Below, piece after piece: positions 40,888 through 54,204 of a DNA stretch of 64,000 nucleotides (positions are counted from its first letter, which is position 1; each line of letters opens with the position of its first letter). A program made the position numbers and the translations under genes. Source of the DNA: Octopus sinensis (Eukaryota); contig NC_043010.1 in the NCBI RefSeq assembly GCF_006345805.1, positions 8,432,001 to 8,496,000 on the forward strand, given 5' to 3'. The notes under the pieces were generated by a model that was given only the letters and a program-made list of their open reading frames with translations, was not told where the DNA came from and ran no database searches.

Positions 40888-41237
40888 ATATATATATAGA
40901 CGCATGCACATATTTGTATGTATATATATATATACATACACACACATATTTGTGCGTGTGTGCATGTGTGTGTGTGTGTCTCTGTGTGTGTATGGCAGTG
41001 TGGTTTAGAAGTCGTTTCCAAGCCTTATGGTCTTGAATTCAGTTCCACTATAGGGCCTCTTTGACACGTGTCTTCTCCTTTTGATCCAAGTCAACCAGGG
41101 TATTATATGTAGATTTGATAGATAGAAATACAAAGCTTCTTCGTATTGCATGTATACAATACAAATATATACATATATACACATATACAAACACCCATAC
41201 ATACATGTATCCATATTCATATATATGTAATTATATA

Positions 41238-41640
41238 CTCTCTTTTACTCTTTTACTTGTTTCAGTCATTTGACTGCAGCCATGCTGGAGCACCACCTTT
41301 TAGTCGAGCAAATCGACCCCTAGTACTTATTCTATCGGTCTCTTTTGCCGAACCGCTAAGTAACGGGGACAAAAACATACCAGCATCAGTTGTCAAGCGA
41401 TTTTGGGAGGGGTGACAAACACAGATACACAAACACACACATATACATATATATATACCACAGGCTTCTTTCAGTTTCCGTCTACCAAATCCACTCACAA
41501 GGCTTTGGTCAGCCCGAGGCTATAGTAGAAGACACTTTCCCAAGGTGCCACACAGTGGGACTGAGCCCAGAACCGTGTAGTTGGTAAGCAAGCTACTTAC
41601 CACAGAGCCACTCCTGCACCTATATAGCCACTCCTGCACC

Positions 41641-41645
<5 letters not shown>
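41238..41645 (-). mobile_element. SINE family A with duplicated 5' end
   Basis: AGCCACTCCTGCACCTATAT occurs twice, at 41606 and 41626. Confidence 0.88.
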
Positions 41646-41676
<31 letters not shown>

Positions 41677-42055
41677 TTATGTATGCGTGCATGTGTGTGC
41701 ACATTTATATAGTTGAGAGTTGTATATTCTTGGTTGTGGTATATAACTGGTTAAAGGGTTACCATTGGTCTTGCTTCTCATATTACACTTAGCAATACAG
41801 ATGACTCATCAGATACACACATCTATATTCCCAGCTGCAATAACAGTTTAAGGTGGCAGTTGGCAAAATCATTACAGCATGTAATAAATTGCTTGGCGTA
41901 ATTTTTTCCAGCTCTTTCCATTCAGAGGTCAAACAGCGCCAAGGTCTACATTGCAAAACCATGGTCACTTTTTGACTGGTCACATGCTATAACCCAAAAT
42001 ATACTACTCAGCTACATATATGTAGAATTGTTCAAAATGAATATGTATATGTACA

Positions 42056-42094
<39 letters not shown>

Positions 42095-42195
42095 GTAATA
42101 TAGCAGCAATTTAGATTCAAATGAATATGGCACTTAATTTAGATGCACCAGAATTTTTTATGGTGTTACCCATAAAAACATGAGGGGTGATTATA

Positions 42196-42581
42196 ATCAA
42201 AAATAAGCAACAAGAATGAATCCAGTAATTTAGTACAATTGTTTCATACTACAACATTTTATTAAAAGCTGTAAATATTACAGCAGATTTAAGATGCCGA
42301 GTAATCTTCAGCTAATTTTATAGGTTTTGGTCAGTTGGCATCTAAACTACACTACCTCATGTTCCTAAGATTCATATCTACATCTTTATCTGTATATCTA
42401 CCTTCCCTAAGATGTTATTAATTGATTTGAGAACTTTATATTATTGGAAAACCAATATAAATTAGCTGAAGATTACTCAGCATCTTAAATCTGCTGTAAT
42501 ATTTACAGCTTTTAATAAAATATTGTAGTATGAAACAATTGTACTAAATTACAGGATTCATTCTTGTTGCTTATTTTTGAT
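42196..42581. repeat. Inverted repeat, ~130 bp arms, ~120 bp spacer
   Basis: 42196-42328 mirrors 42448-42581 with few mismatches. Confidence 0.9.
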
Positions 42582-43084
42582 ATATGTAATATATGTATAT
42601 ATATATGTATGTACCTGTATGTATATATGGGCCTCACAGAGGCAATGAGCAAGACCCTTCACATCATGTCGTACATGAGAAGAAGACCCATTAAACCAAG
42701 CAAAATTGCAGCTGTGGCAGATACTGGTGTCATGCAAATTGGCGCCCGTGCTAGTGGCATGTAAAAGTATCCCAGTGTCACGCAAATGCCATTCATGTCA
42801 GTGGCATGTAAAAGCACCCATTACATTCTTGGAGTGGTTGGCATTATGAAGGGGATTTCATCCAGCTGTAGAAAACTATGCCAAATCAGACTGGAGTTTG
42901 GTGCAACCTTCCAGCAAGCCAGCCCAGTCAAACCGTCCAGCACAGGCCAGCATGGACAATGGATGTTAAATGATGATGCTGATGTTGATGGTGATATATA
43001 TGTGTGTGTGTGTGTGGTGTGTGTGTGTGTGTTGTGTGTGTGTGTGTGTGAGTGTATATACATATATATATATTTAGATACATA

Positions 43085-43193
43085 TTTATATATATTTATT
43101 CCCTTTTTTCCTGAGCGCCTAATAATACTTTAATTGTTCCACCTCCTTGCGTTGTTGTCTTTTATGTTTTCTGTTTGGATTAACTTTATATAC

Positions 43194-43233
<40 letters not shown>

Positions 43234-43990
43234 TATCTACACATATATAAAATAAACTTACTTGGAAATGGATGCATAGCATTTGGTCATATAATAATAT
43301 AAATAATATATTATATATATTATATATATATGCATATATACATACATATATATGTATATATACATGCATATATGGGTACAGGACATTAAAATACGTAAAC
43401 AAAATGAGAAGCAAGAACATAAAAAACATGAAAAACGAACTTTTTCTTCGAACAACGAAAGAAACAAATAGAGAAATGAGACGGGTAACATAGAGAACAA
43501 TCCCTTCATCTGTGGTCCCCTGTTTTATCTACTCCGCATTTTGAACATTGGGACAAGATGCGACTTCATTAAACAGTCATTCCCGCAAAGCAAATAAAGT
43601 TTGGGATTTGTGGAGGGTTAAAGTGGTAACAAAAACAGGACAGTAAGAACAAAACAGTAAAAATAAACGGTGAGGGCTGTTAAGCCATAACGAGGTGAAG
43701 TGGTGAATGCTGGAGAAACAAGCTTTGACAGGAGACAGGCAAAAGTGTGTCTTATCTCTTGTAAAGCATGAGGGAAAAGAAAGATAGCTGCTGGTCATGT
43801 ATGAGCAACGAGAGAGTCAAGGAGGAAGTGTGAGGGAGAGAGAGGAAGCGAAAGAGAATGGTGAAGGGGAGGAGAAGAAAAACAGAAAGAAAGAAGAATA
43901 ATAAGAGTGTACATCAGAATTATTAAGATGAAAATTACTTGGAAATGGATGCATGGCATTCGATCATATAATAATATAAATAATATATAT
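43085..43990. mobile_element. Probable Penelope-like relic with ~55 bp direct repeats
   Basis: TTACTTGGAAATGGATGCAT...CATATAATAATATAAATAATATAT at 43258 and 43935. TTCCTGAGCGCCTAATAATAC at ~43108 resembles the hammerhead-repeat family. Embedded in (TA)n. Confidence 0.4.
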
Positions 43991-44899
43991 ATATGCATAT
44001 ATATGTGTATGTATATGTTTCTATATAGTCTACAAGTTATTGACATTTTAAAATAATTGCTATAACATATATAATTTTATATTACACCAACCAATGTCAT
44101 TGACTTTAGCAGAAGTCAGATGCACAAAAGACCATTTAGTGAGATCAAACACAAAAAGTAAACTTATGTAGTCATCAGCAATTTGTAGCAATTCAAATAA
44201 ATTTCCTGGTATTGTAACAGCAGATGAAACAAAATAAGTTACTGTAATAGCAATTCATTAAAATATGATGACAAAACACACATTGATGATAAATCACAAA
44301 ACGAATACTCTCTCTTCTCAACTGTTGCCCTTTGAGTATAAAACCAAATGCATGAATGAGTTGTTGTCTGTGTTTGGAGCTTACTAAAATAATTCTTTTT
44401 GTTAAACATTATCACTTGTTTTCTATAATATTTCCCAAAGTTTTGCATTAACTTTGTGCTTGTAAGAGTTATTCTATATTTTCTGTATCAGGCCCAGTCA
44501 TATTTGGTAATTTTCAAAGATGGTATACCAAAACATTGTTAATTCAAAATATTCTTGAAGTGTTCTGCTTACTGATGACTAAACTATTCAAAGAGTGGAT
44601 GACTCTCAGAGCACTGTAAGATCGCAAAAAAAAAATTATAAATTTAATGTTTGGTTTCATTGATGGCTAGAGCAAAAGAATTAAGGAAAAAGTTGGATTA
44701 ACAGTTAGGCTGAAGCGATACAAAATCTTAAGCATGAACTGAAAAACTTTATCCTTAAATCATTGGGTGAAAAACCAGCTATGGTGTGCTCATTAGTAAT
44801 TGCTTCTCATATAAGCACAAGGCCAGCAATTTAGTGCAGGTGATAGTTAATAATGTGAAGGCACATGGTTTAGTGGTTAGGATATTTGGTGAGTTGGAA

Positions 44900-45128
44900 A
44901 AGGTGGTGAGTTGGAAGAAATGTTAGCACGCGAAATGCTTAGTGGTATTTCGTCTGCCACTATGTTGTGAGTTCAAATTCTGCCGAGGTTGACTTTGCCT
45001 TTCATCCTTTCGGGGTCAATTAAATAAGTACCAGTTGCGCACTGGGGTCGATATAATCGACTTAATCCGTTTGTGTGTCCTTGTTTGTCCTCTGTGTGTT
45101 TGGCCCCTTGTGGGTAGTAAAGAAATAG
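44900..45128 (+). mobile_element. SINE family B nested in an older tRNA-SINE (44857-45420)
   Basis: The host SINE resumes at GGTATTTGGCTCATGATC after the insert. Confidence 0.85.
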
Positions 45129-45779
45129 GTATTTGGCTCATGATCATAAGGTAATGAGTTCAATTCCCAGCGATGTGTTGTGTCCTTGAGCAAGATACTT
45201 TATTTCACATTGCTCCAGCCCAATCAGCTGGCAACAATGAGTAATGCATGTATTTCAAGGGCCAGCCTTATCACACACTGTGTGATGTTGAATTTTCCTG
45301 AGAATGTTAATGGTACACATGTCTGTGAAGGGCTCAGTTTACTTACACATTCATTTCATGAGTAGGCTGTTCCGTTGATCAAATCAACTGGAACCCTCAT
45401 CCTGTAACCAACAGAGTGAATATTGTCCCAATATTTAAATGGCACTTTCTTTTATCAATCCCTGTATTTGATTAACATTTTATTTTATTGACCTCAGAGG
45501 GATGAAAAACAAAGTTAATCTGGGCAGGATTTCAATTCAGTAGGCAAAAAGCCAGAAGGAAGGTGATAAGGGCATTTTCCCAGTGGTTAAGCAGTTCTAC
45601 CAATCCCCTGCTCTGGTTTGATCATCTACAATCAAGAAGGTAAAAATCCTTCTTAATTGGAATTTGGAAGATTTAAAAAAGAAAAAAGAAAAACTGTAGG
45701 AATCAACAAAAGCCATCTCACATATGCTAACATCATATCAGAGATGTCATTATCTCAAGGAGCAGATTCTTGCTAAAAT

Positions 45780-46050
45780 TACAGAAAGGAAAGCTGAGAC
45801 GAGACTTAAAATTGCCTGATTTACTTTCAATGTTTCAGTGATGGAAAAGGTGTTGTTATGATATATGCTTATACAGCAAAACAGGAAAAATATCTAGGAA
45901 TTTTATCAGTCATTAACAAGAGGTCATTCATATAAATTATTTATGAAGTGATAGAACAAGCTAGCGATAGAGCAAAACTTCTTAAAACATGATCGATACA
46001 AAGTTGAATCAATTACCAAGAGAGGTTGTCAAATTGAAAGCAACCAACTA
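45780..46050 (+). mobile_element. Highly decayed CR1-type LINE 3' end
   Basis: TRGHSYKL and NQLPREVV motifs typical of the CR1 ORF2 C-terminus. Confidence 0.55.
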
Positions 46051-46321
46051 ATTCATGAATAGGTAAAAAAAAGAAAAAAGAAGAAAAAAAAAAAGAATCC
46101 AGGGAATCTAGTGGGAGTCTGCATCAGCAAAAATTGTTTTTATTGGTAAAGTATAAAGATTTTTTAAGTTCGTAGGCCATTGAGAGAAAAGTTTCTTTAC
46201 ATTTCTAACCGAGTTCTTCTTCGGAGAAAAAGAAAATGCTGTAATTTTTGTGTGTCCTTTGTTTAACAAAGTGTGTTAAAATGGACACAGACGCACACAG
46301 ATACACACAGATATACACAAA

Positions 46322-46370
<49 letters not shown>

Positions 46371-46833
46371 AAGCTTTTTTCCTTTCTCCAGCTAATGACT
46401 CAGTCTGTAGCATCATGAAATTTTCTTCCAAACAAAATACAAATTTGCTTTTTTTTCTTTAAAACTTTCTACTAATTCATGAACAGACTTGGTGAATATT
46501 GACAAAAAAAAAAAAGACAAAAAATACTTGTGGTTCCTTTCTAATGTACAAGAATAGTACATTACAAAAAAATATATATATATTATCAGGCTTCACCTAT
46601 TATTTGGAAAAACCTATAACAGATAAAGACTGACTCTGAAGTTAGTAAAACGAGAGCCCAAATATGTAAGGTTCATTTAGCACAATAAATAAATAAATAA
46701 ATGAATAAATAAATAAATAAATAAAAGTATCAACGAAAAAAGTAGAGGAAGATAAAATAAGGTTCACAGTAAAACCTTGGAACTATTTCCAATGAGTCTA
46801 GTTTCTCTAGATTTCCTCAGACTGATGAGATGA

Positions 46834-46912
<79 letters not shown>

Positions 46913-46914
<2 letters not shown>

Positions 46915-47411
46915 AAAAAGTGTACATTTAAACACAAGAGAAAACTACCTTTTAACAGGTAATTTTACAAGCTAGAAATAGCAGCCAACTATTTCTAGCA
47001 TGTAGAAATTACCTGTTAAAAGGTAGTTTTCTCTTGTGTTTAAATGTACACCTTTTAAAAATATGAATATGTTGTCTATTGACTATTTATACATGTTAGA
47101 CCACCGGTAGTGATATTTATAACGAATATTCGCTACCCTGTATATGTATCTTATGTGTATATATATATATATATATATATAACTAAAAATAACTAAAAAT
47201 AAGGGTGTCTGAGAGACACCACCATGCTGAAATAGCAGTCAAATAATGAACATTTAACGTGGTTTTTAGAGTCAGGGATTTGCCTGCTATTTCAGCATAG
47301 TGGTGTCTCTCAGACACCATTATTTTTAGTTGTAAAAAATTATTACCTTTGTATGGTATTTTTCCCATGCTGGCCACTTGATAATATCGATATTTAAATA
47401 TCGATATTATC
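46913..47411. repeat. Cluster of hairpins/palindromes
   Basis: Hairpin 46913-47058 (~68 bp arms, ~8 nt loop), inverted repeat 47191-47330, perfect 32-bp palindrome 47380-47411. Confidence 0.88.
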
Positions 47412-47465
47412 CTTATTTATAAATATATATATATATATATATACACATAGATATATATATATATG

Positions 47466-47563
<98 letters not shown>

Positions 47564-47761
47564 TTCATCATCATCATCATCATCATTTAATGTCCATTTT
47601 CAGCGCTGGTGTGGGTTGGACGGTTTGACTGAAAAGTGGTAAACCGGGGAGCTGCATCAGGTTCCGATCTGATTTGAACATTAAAAATAGCAATGACAAA
47701 CCAACAAGAGGACATACACTGGGAATGTATTAGTTTGATGCTCAGCAAAAATGGAAAAAGA

Positions 47762-47806
47762 GAGTTTTTGACATTTCGAGCATAGCTCCTCATCAGAAAA
47801 ATACCC
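47762..47806 (-). ncRNA. Minimal type I hammerhead ribozyme motif (intact core)
   Basis: GGGUAUUUUU CUGAUGA G GAGC-UAU-GCUC GAAA UG UC^AAAAACUC. Canonical core, 4-bp stem II, UUUUU/AAAAA stem I, GUC site at 47770. Confidence 0.65.
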
Positions 47807-48165
47807 AAAAAACCTAGAAAAGTCCAGAGAAAGAAAAATATCCCCAACAGCACATGTGTGGGTGACTCAGAAACTCAGACTGTTCGGGCTTAGCCTGAGT
47901 ATAAATATAGTAAAGTGAATGAGTATTTGGAAGCTGATTTAATTTCTGCTAACACTGATTTCAAGTATGTAATTGTAGCTAATAACTTGGGCTCCTTTTA
48001 TTGAGCCTGGTTGCAGTTCATTTATTTTCATTCAGAGTCTGATGGTCATCTTAGAGGTGCCCTGTATCAAAAAATGTCATTCATGACAGATGTTCTCTTG
48101 ACATCGTTCACACACACCTGATTCGGGGCTCAAAAGTTACAGCCCGACTTGTTCCCTATAATCGT

Positions 48166-48443
48166 AGGAGTGGCTGTGTGGTAAGTAGCTTGCTAACCAA
48201 CTACATGGTTCCGGGTTCAGTCCCACTGCGTGGCACCTTGGGCAAGTGTCTTCTGCTATAGCCCCAGGCCGACCAATGCCTTGTGAGTGGATTTGGTAGA
48301 TGGAAACTGAAAGAAGCCTGTCGTATATATGTATATATATATATATATTTGTACATGTGTGTATATGTTTGTGTGTCTGTGTTTGTTCCCCTAGCATTGT
48401 TTGACAACTGATGCTGGTGTGTTTACGTCCCCGTCACTTAGCA
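48166..48443 (+). mobile_element. SINE family A, 3' truncated
   Basis: Ends at GTCACTTAGC. Confidence 0.85.
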
Positions 48444-48547
48444 TTTATATAGTATCAAAGTAAATATTTGATGTTTGGACTCTTGGATTTAGTCACCCTA
48501 GAGGCATAAGAAGGACTTCAGTTAGAGATGAGAGAAGTTTAACTCAC

Positions 48548-48618
48548 GTACTTAATAGGTAGAAACATGGTAATGTATAACATCCCCATTAATACCGATG
48601 TATGACCTTAATGAAAGT
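48548..48618 (-). other. Candidate 71-nt exon (UTR-like or start-containing)
   Basis: Strong acceptor ttttttatttttcaatttccAG and donor TAC/GTGAGT. Stops occur in all three through-frames, but an internal ATG gives MGMLYITMFLPIKY ending in phase 0. Confidence 0.25.
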
Positions 48619-49792
48619 CTGGAAATTGAAAAATAAAAAAAATTATGTCAGTAGATTTAGTTTTCATTCCTCCCCTCCCTCAGTAAACATTTTATTTTAC
48701 TTAATATCTTTGATATTCTTGAGTTAAGGGGTTAAGTTTTACAGTTACTTTCCCTCTCCACTTCCATATATGTTTGAGGAAATTTGCCCGTTTAATAAAT
48801 TAAAATATTGAAATAGTTAGCTAACACAAAATATTTAAAGTACAGAATAAAGCAAAAACAAAACGAAGATAATTATTCTGTGTAAGATGTCGAAACAAAA
48901 GAAAATAGCACAAGAGCACAGCAATGGCGATATAATGAAAGTATGACTAGCGATTTTTAGCTGATAGAATGGTAAGATAACACTGATGTAGTGGTTGTGG
49001 GAAGCCATTATCAATAACAGAAAAGTCGGAAAAAGATAGAGTGATGTTGTAACAAATAAATAAATTAATAAACAAAAACAAAAACTGGAAGTTTCGAATA
49101 ACAATGGAACATGAAGACTTGGGAGGTCTCTGGTGATAGAGAAAGGAGGAGCAGGTGTTTGGAAACAATAAAGTAATTAGAAACCCATATATCGATTGAG
49201 GTTTAAGGTATGTCTACACAGTTGGCAAAAATATAATTCAAAGGGAATAATGGAAGCAATCGAAATGACAAAAAACACAAGCATATAAAGAACAAATAAA
49301 ACATAAATAGCAGTCGTACAGTAACAACTATTTACTATATTGATGCAAAGAGGTTAAAAACAAAAGGAGGAGGGAAAAGAAAGGAAAGAATCTAAACTAA
49401 TACATCAAAATTAGCAACTCAATTACTGTTCGCCTATGAAATACATTTTATTCGTCTTTGATATCAGCCATCTATTCAATTCATTTGTTTACGGACTGCG
49501 AAATGCTGAAAAAAAAATTATCAACACATAAGAATGTTTACAGACAATTATGATCTCAGAAACTCTATTTACCATTATTGCTTCTCTTCTTTATTCTTTC
49601 TTTTTTTCATAACTTGCTTTGGCAGTGCAGTTACTAAAAATTATAGTTTTTGTTTTTGTCATTCCAGTAGTCATGTATGTATGTCGGTGAAAGATTTTAG
49701 GTGCCAATTTATTCGACCTCTTTAAGGGTATTCGATATTCCAAAACAAAGTTTCTTGAATTTTGGTAATCTTTAAGTTTTCCAACAAAACCT

Positions 49793-50439
49793 TTAACCAT
49801 TTAGTGTTTAAACTGGCTGTATCTGGCCCAAATATTCCAACCATTTTATGCTCAAACTGGCCAGAAACAGCATCTCACACCTACCCTGCAATGTCATTCT
49901 AAAAATAAACATTTGTATCTTTCAAATCTTGAAGTTACAAGATAATAAAGGATTTATTTTTAAAAATGTGAATGAATAAGGATTACTGTTGACATATTAA
50001 TCTGAACACTAAAGGGTTAAACAAGCACAAGGAGATATTTTTATGTAACCAAAGGATTGAAAAATTGTTTCTTGAAACTAAATTAACAATTCCTGGAAGA
50101 CATAATTCTTAGAATTTATGATATTAATTCATGAACTTTTAAGAAAGAATTTGTGACTAAATTTCTTTCTTTAATCTAGAAACAAATTGTAGATGTAACC
50201 AAATAAAAATTATATTATTCCCTTAGCATTGAATCCAGCCATATCCGGCACAAATATTCTACCTGTTTTATGTTAAGACTGACCAAATCCAATCTCTCAC
50301 ACCTACCCTACAATGTCATTTTAAAAATATACAAACATACCATTGAAATCTTGAAGCTACAAAATGATGTGATTAATTCAAAACAACATGAATAAACAAG
50401 CATTACATTTGACAAAAAATCTGAATGCTAAAGTGTTAT
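49793..50439. mobile_element. Two neighbouring copies of the TTAA MITE family (49793-50020, ~50217-50439)
   Basis: TTAACCATTTAG...CTAAAGGGTTAA ends. Both copies share TCTCACACCTACCCT.CAATGTCATT. Confidence 0.7.
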
Positions 50440-50879
50440 ACTAAGCAAAGTCTGCAAATAGAAGAATTTTACTGAATTCTAAATTTTACAAGTTGCCTTC
50501 TAGTATCACATACTTCCATGGAATCAAACAGTTTCCAACAATCAAATTGTATTTAACTCACATATTCAATTTAATATTTGGAGCACAAATGTAGTAAACA
50601 CATCTATTTTTATCACAAATAGCCTTTAACATAAATATACCACAAAGCTCATGAATTTGAAATAATGATTTCATAGCATCGACAATCGCTTTAAAGATTA
50701 AACTTCTCCAGAACATTTCGGATCCTTGTTGAGTAACAAGGGCTGTTTCTGCTTACATTCTTGTTTATTCACATTGTTTTGAATTTTCCAGTATGTCAAT
50801 TTAGAAATCATTAATAGAACCTTAATTTGCAAAGCCAAAAGAAAACTTAAGTTAATAAAGGGAAAACAGCATGTTATAC

Positions 50880-51092
50880 TCTCTACTCTTTTACCCTTTT
50901 ACTTGTTTCAGTCATTTGACTGCGGCCATGCTGGAGCACCACCTTTAGTCGAGCAAATTGACCCCAGGACTTATTCTTTGTAAGCCCAGTACTTATTCTA
51001 TCGGTCTCTTTTGCCAAACCACAAAGTGACGGGGACGTAAACACGCCAGCATCGGTTGTCAAGCAATGCTAGGGGGACAAACACACATACAA

Positions 51093-51132
<40 letters not shown>

Positions 51133-51304
51133 ATATATACGACGGGCTTCTTTCAGTTTCTGTCTACCAAATCCACTCACAAGGCATTGGTCGGCCCGGG
51201 GCTATAGCAGAAGACACTTGCCCAAGGTGCCACACAGTAGGACTGAACCCAGAACCATGTGGTTGGTTAGCAAGCTACTTACCACACAGCCACTCCTGCG
51301 CCTA
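50880..51304 (-). mobile_element. SINE family A
   Basis: Full-length copy. Confidence 0.9.
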
Positions 51305-52209
51305 TATATCGAGATTCATTTTACATTTAAGATTTCCTTTGCAATAATTATTCAAGCTACCATTCTAACTTGGAATCCCATTTTATCTCGGTCCTCTCCC
51401 TTCTATTTATTTCAAAATCTTGGGTGAAAAAATCCCACACATACAAACACACTCATCTTATCTCTGAATCACCCTTCCTTCCAACTAACTTTTTCCTTTG
51501 TCCTATTTTTATTTCATACATATTGTCCTTAATCTGCTTCATTAATTTAGTATCTCCACTCCTACAATTGCAGAGGTACTAAAATGCTTCAAACCTCGGT
51601 ACAAGCCATCGATTTCCCTCTTTACTTTGTTGTCCTGACCATTGGCTGCCAATTAATTCCTTTTCCACACTGGTTACAGCCACACTTGAATATTCTTTTC
51701 TCTTATAACATTTATAATTACTTCTATTATAATTCTCATCATATCTAAGATGCTTTATAAAAATATACTAGAGTTAAAAGCACACCTCTCTATTTTTCAG
51801 TTTTAGCTTGAGTTGCCAGGTCTCTTTGGTAAAGAATGTACTTAGCCGCAAACCAAGAGTTTATAGTTTATAGGAAGAAAGGTGTTTTAGTTAGTGATTA
51901 GTTGTATATATTATGTACTACTGACAGGTGATCTATTTCTTATGAAAGAGGTTTTGACCATATATTGGTATAATAAAAGGCTAAATTTGATTACTTCTAA
52001 TGGCTTTAGTATCAGAGGGGTTAAAAAACTCATAGACAGGCTAAATATAGTGGTGAGGGGAAAATATCTGAGTTTAACAGAATGCTAAATTGTAGTTATG
52101 ACACATTATTCTCAGAGTGAGCATATTTGGTACACTGTGATTAAAGAATGAATATTTCTTTAGTGTTTCTTGTGTTTTGTATAAAATACCACACATTCTC
52201 CCAAGTGAC

Positions 52210-52576
52210 TTGCTCAGAGCTATTTTGGATATTTTAACTCTCTTCAGAGAAATGCATTGTTTTACTCATGATAGCATCAGGATGTTGTCTCAGTAGCACT
52301 ATAAGCTCTTGGAAAAATTTGTACTGGGTCCCATGGTACTTATTGAACTGGGAGATAATGCTTAAGATTGAGAACACTCGAGATCCATCATCAAAGAAAA
52401 GAGTAACAACTTTTATGACCAATAGGACTGCTGAGCAAGAAAAAAAGGGCAGGCATAGAAAAGATAGACCAAGAAGGGATCTTCAGTCCAGGGGAACCTG
52501 TCCCACTTGTGGAAAGAGCTTCCAAGCAAGAATTGGACTCATCAGTCACCTCAAGACCTATCAATGATAATAATAA
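52210..52576 (+). mobile_element. RTE/BovB-like LINE 3' end
   Basis: RTAEQEKKGRHRK...TCPTCGKSFQARIGLISHLKTYQ* (terminal C2H2-like finger typical of RTE ORF ends), then (TAA)n. Confidence 0.75.
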
Positions 52577-52634
52577 TCCTTTTTATTAAAGGCACAAGGC
52601 CTGAAATTGTGGGGGGGGGGACTAGTCAATTACA

Positions 52635-53281
52635 TTATCAAACATGTGACCACTCCACTGTACCATACTAAGTCTAATGGACAAGCAGAGTTTTGTTGAC
52701 ACTTTTAAGAAGGCCTTAAAAAAGGCAAACAATGAAGTAATTTCAACAATTTCTAATAGTGTACCAGTAACACCTAATCTGAATACCCCATCTGGAATGT
52801 CACCTGCAGAATTGATGCTTCTAGAAAGATCAGATCTGTTTTTGATAAGTGAAACTAGGAAAAAAATTGAACAACAAATATACTTAAAAATTCTTGAAGT
52901 TAGGCGACAAAGTTTTTTTTTAAAACCTATAGATATGGTAAAGAAAGTTAGGAGGATGGTGTAATTATTAAACAGATTGAAAGAATATTATTCCTGGTAA
53001 AAGGAAAAATGTTGAACATAAAAGACATATAAACCAAATTAAAAAGAGATTCACAGACAAAACAGTCTTGAGAGATGAAATTTCCATGGAAGCATTGTAT
53101 GACACATTTGAGGTACCAACACCCAAACAAATTGAAACTACACGTTCAAGCACCAGAAAAAGGAAGAGGATGGAAACACTGGAATTAAATCCTAAGCATA
53201 AGATATATATTAAAACCCTGGACAGAGTTTAATTCCCCAAACAGGGAGAAGTTATGGTAGGCTAACTCTCAAAAGGGGAGA
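52635..53281 (+). mobile_element. Gypsy/Ty3 LTR retrotransposon integrase C-terminal remnant plus polypurine tract
   Basis: KHVTTPLYHTKSNGQAE/FVDTFKKALKK...TPNLNTPSGMSPAELM and KRHINQIKKR, with frameshifts. PPT AAAAGGGGAGA at 53271-53281. Confidence 0.85.
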
Positions 53282-53524
53282 TGTTGTGGAAGAATTCTGA
53301 CCACCCCTCTGTAACTAATTTCAATAAAATAAAGAACTGTTGAGTTGACAGCAGCAGTTGATTGTGAACAATTGATTGTGAGCAATTGATTGTGAATAAT
53401 TGATTGTGAGCAGTTAACTGTGAGCTGTTGATGGAGAGCATCGAGTCTCATGTAACAGTAATTGCGTTGCGTTGTGTGAATAGTTTCTTCCCCCCCTGCT
53501 CTTTGCTAAATTAGTTATTCAACA
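53282..53524 (+). mobile_element. 3' LTR of the Gypsy element
   Basis: Starts TGTTG directly after the PPT and ends CAACA. Contains AATAAA (~53323) and internal (CAATTGATTGTGA)-like tandem repeats. Confidence 0.8.
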
Positions 53525-53587
53525 CCAGGATATAAAACTTATCTATCTGTCTATCTATCTTTCAACATACATACATACATACATGCA

Positions 53588-53619
<32 letters not shown>

Positions 53620-53628
53620 CATACATAC

Positions 53629-53672
<44 letters not shown>

Positions 53673-53744
53673 CATACTTCATACATACATACATACATAT
53701 ACATATACATATATATATATATATATACATATATTTATAAATAT

Positions 53745-53819
<75 letters not shown>

Positions 53820-54204
53820 CATACATATATATTATATATATATATATATACATATACATACATATATACATACATACATACATACATACATACATACATA
53901 CATACATACATACATACATACATACATACATACTCATATATATATGTATATTATCATCATCATCAACATCATCATCAATATTTAACATCTCTTTATCCAT
54001 GCTGGCAATGTTTGGTTGGTTCAAGATGAACAGAGAAGCCAGAGGGCTGTGCCAAGTTCTAATGTCTGCTTTGGCATGGTTTCTGTAGCTGAATGCCCTT
54101 CCTAATGCCAAAGACTTCACACTGTACTGAGTCCTTTTTTTACATGGCACCAGCACTGCTGAGGTTACCAAGTACCTACAAGACAAGACCCCCATCATTG
54201 CTCA

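Noticed and set aside
43500-43580. Hammerhead-like traces (also ~36530-36570, ~58570-58630, 63955)
   Set aside because: Core or stems too degenerate to support a call.
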